Shown here: positions 1 through 1,304 of the stretch, piece after piece | How positions within the stretch are numbered: the stretch's first letter is position 1 | Layout: every line of letters begins with the position of its first letter | Source: Naegleria gruberi | Lineage: Eukaryota | DNA: 1,304 nucleotides | Strand: one strand, 5' to 3' | NCBI GenBank assembly: GCA_000004985.1 | Contig: GG739450.1 | Notes under the pieces: generated by a model | Told to the model about the DNA's origin: nothing | The model's database searches: none | Seen by the model: only the letters and a program-made list of their open reading frames with translations | Program-made: the position numbers and the translations under genes

Positions 1-966
1 CAACAAGAAATATTTTCAGATGATGTTTGTTTTGAAATAATTTCCATGCTCGATGATTCGTGGTTTATTTTGAATAATTGTTCCTTGATTTCAAAACAAT
101 TCTTTAATGTGATCAAGGAACGTTCAAAACTTGTTATTCAATTTAAACAAAAATTTACAGAGAAACGAGTTGAATTATTCATGAAAAGTCAGTTTAGGAA
201 TAGAATTATTAATCTTAAAGTTTTTAGATATTTGCTTGACTCTTTTGAAAAACTCAAATTCATTAGTGATATGAAACGATTAACGTCACTTGATATTTCT
301 TTCAATCAAATTGGTGTACAAGGGGTCAAATTCATTAGTGGAATGAAACAATTAACATCACTTGATATTTCTTTCAATCAAGCTAGTGATGAAGGTGCTA
401 AATACATAAGTGAAATGAAACAATTAACATCACTTGGTATATCTAAGAATCTAATTGGTGATGAAGGAGCTAAATATATTAGTGAAATGAAACAATTAAC
501 ATCACTTAATTTATATTACAATGAAATTTGCGATGAAGGAGCTAAATATATTAGTGAAATGGAGCAATTGACATCACTTGATATTTCTTCTAATCTAATT
601 GATGTAGAGGGAGTCAAATTCATTAAGGAAATGAAACAATTAACATCACTTAATATATATTACAATGGAATTGGTGTAGAAGGAGCCAAATACATAAGCG
701 AAATGAAACAACTAACATCACTTAATATTACTAACAATGAAATTGGTGATGAAGGAGCTAAATACATTAGTGAAATGAAACAATTAATATCACTTATTAT
801 ATCTAGGAATCAAATTGGTGATGAAGGTGCTAAGTACATTTGTGAAATGGAGCAATTGACATCACTTAACATTTCTGGCAATGAAATTGGTGATGAAGGA
901 GCCAAATACATTAGTGATATGAAACAACTAACATCACTTGATATTTCTTTTCAATCAAGTTGGTGA
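1..966 (+). CDS. F-box-like / leucine-rich-repeat protein (RI/GALA-like 24-aa LRRs). Probably 5'-partial, and the 3' end is truncated by a frameshift as sequenced.
   Basis: Frame 1 has no stop from base 1 to the TGA at 964-966. The first in-window ATG is at 46, as in the ORF track. Translated, residues 1-40 read 'QQEIFSDDVCFEIISMLDDSWFILNNCSLISKQFFNVI'. By eye this fits an F-box-like consensus of the form LPxEILxxIFSxLDxxDLLxxxLVCKxW. From about residue 75 onward there are ten 24-aa repeats, 'MKQLTSLDISFNQIGDEGAKYISE', with the LxxLxLxxNxIGxxGAxxL spacing typical of RI-type and GALA-type LRRs. Codon usage is consistently AT-rich at third positions. The domain call comes from visual motif matching, not from an HMM search. 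Confidence 0.78.
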   Translation, partial: QQEIFSDDVCFEIISMLDDSWFILNNCSLISKQFFNVIKERSKLVIQFKQKFTEKRVELFMKSQFRNRIINLKVFRYLLDSFEKLKFISDMKRLTSLDISFNQIGVQGVKFISGMKQLTSLDISFNQASDEGAKYISEMKQLTSLGISKNLIGDEGAKYISEMKQLTSLNLYYNEICDEGAKYISEMEQLTSLDISSNLIDVEGVKFIKEMKQLTSLNIYYNGIGVEGAKYISEMKQLTSLNITNNEIGDEGAKYISEMKQLISLIISRNQIGDEGAKYICEMEQLTSLNISGNEIGDEGAKYISDMKQLTSLDISFQSSW

Positions 967-1012
967 TGAAGGTGCTAAATACATTAGTGAAATGACACCA
1001 CTAGGAAAATAA
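253..1012 (+). repeat. Tandem 72-bp direct repeat array of about 10.3 units, in frame, encoding the 24-aa LRR units.
   Basis: Units begin with 'atgaaacaattaacatcactt' at 271, 343, 415, 487, 559, 631, 703, 775, 847 and 919. A degenerate final partial unit starts at 992. Spacing is exactly 72 nt, except that the last full unit is 73 nt because of an extra T. Many units share exact blocks, for example 'ggtgatgaaggagctaaatacattagtgaaatgaaacaattaacatcactt'. Confidence 0.95.
953..1012 (+). pseudogene. Frameshifted C-terminal remnant of the LRR gene. It lies in the +1 frame relative to 46..966 and encodes 'NQVGDEGAKYISEMTPLGK*'.
   Basis: After the T4 run at 948-951 (T3 in every other unit), the sequence 'caagttggtgatgaaggtgctaaatacattagtgaaatgaca' continues the repeat almost exactly, but out of frame with the annotated CDS. 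Read in the shifted frame it gives another canonical half-unit and ends at TAA 1010-1012, exactly where the DNA repeat degenerates. Confidence 0.6.
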
Positions 1013-1062
1013 GCTGCGTTGGGTGTTGGAAAACAAAAAAACACCATTTATAAACCAAGTGG

Positions 1063-1302
1063 GTGGTAAATATCTGCTCCTATTCTTCATCCAAAGGTGT
1101 GCACCATTTTCGTCGATGTGAAATGGATGTTAAAGTCGTAAATGGTGACACAAGACCCAAAATTACAAATGGATATTACGAATGCTTGAAACGTTTGACG
1201 AATTCTTTCAGCATCAAGTATTCGAAAGGAAGTCAACTCTATTCAAAATTAAATACAACATTCAAAAAGAAATTGCCAATCCCAAAGTACACTACAATAT
1301 GA
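1063..1302 (+). CDS. Hypothetical small basic protein. It is 79 aa from GTG 1063, or 59 aa from the in-frame ATG at 1123-1125. Its reality is doubtful.
   Basis: The ORF track gives this ORF. Position 1063 is GTG, not ATG. I see no convincing Shine-Dalgarno motif upstream of either start, and I recognise no motif in the translation. The composition (about 35% GC) differs from the upstream gene. The region could equally be non-coding or a UTR. Confidence 0.22.
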   Translation: MVNICSYSSSKGVHHFRRCEMDVKVVNGDTRPKITNGYYECLKRLTNSFSIKYSKGSQLYSKLNTTFKKKLPIPKYTTI

Positions 1303-1304
1303 AA

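Noticed and set aside
946-966. Programmed +1 ribosomal frameshift at the T4 run.
   Set aside because: T4 followed by 'caa' is not a known slippery or shifty-stop context, and there is no downstream structure. A simple indel or sequencing error explains it better.
271-994. The in-frame ATG at the start of every repeat unit as alternative internal start codons or separate small genes.
   Set aside because: These are simply the Met of the conserved 'EMKQLTSL' motif. Nothing supports independent translation initiation.
253-1012. The regularly spaced 72-bp repeats as a CRISPR array.
   Set aside because: The units are directly contiguous with no unique spacers. They are in frame and coding, with a conserved 24-aa LRR periodicity.
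1022-1045. A hairpin, ggtgtt(1022-1027) / aacacc(1040-1045) with a 12-nt A-rich loop, 10 nt after the natural stop at 1012, as a possible rho-independent terminator.
   Set aside because: The stem is only 6 bp with two G-C-poor ends. The loop is large and no U-tract follows (attta taaacc). This is not a convincing intrinsic terminator.
1-1304. Mobile element, IS or transposase content.
   Set aside because: There are no terminal inverted repeats, no target-site duplications and no transposase-like ORF on either strand. The only repeats are the in-frame coding tandem units.

Overview
This AT-rich window (about 30% GC) is mostly one plus-strand coding region. Its reading frame is open from base 1, so the gene is probably 5'-partial, and the annotated stop is at 964-966. 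The N-terminal ~40 residues resemble an F-box-like motif. The rest of the protein is at least 10 tandem 24-residue leucine-rich repeats (LRRs) of the ribonuclease-inhibitor/GALA type ('MKQLTSLnIsxNxIGDEGAKYISE'). At the DNA level these repeats form a near-identical tandem array with a 72-bp period from about 253 to 1012. In the tenth unit a T-run has four T's (948-951) where all other units have three. This shifts the frame and gives the stop at 964-966. The repeat continues for 60 nt in the +1 frame to a natural-looking stop at 1010-1012, so the annotated 3' end is probably a recent frameshift or a homopolymer sequencing error. Downstream (1013-1304) the composition changes to about 35% GC. 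There is a weak hairpin there and a small ORF of doubtful reality, which starts at a GTG (1063) or an in-frame ATG (1123). I find no multi-gene system, RNA gene, CRISPR array or mobile element. The most interesting reading is a eukaryote-like F-box/LRR substrate adaptor for the SCF ubiquitin ligase. If the source is a bacterium or a virus this would be an effector-type host mimic. If the source is an AT-rich eukaryote such as a Glomeromycotina fungus it would be one member of a large expanded gene family. The sequence alone cannot tell these apart.
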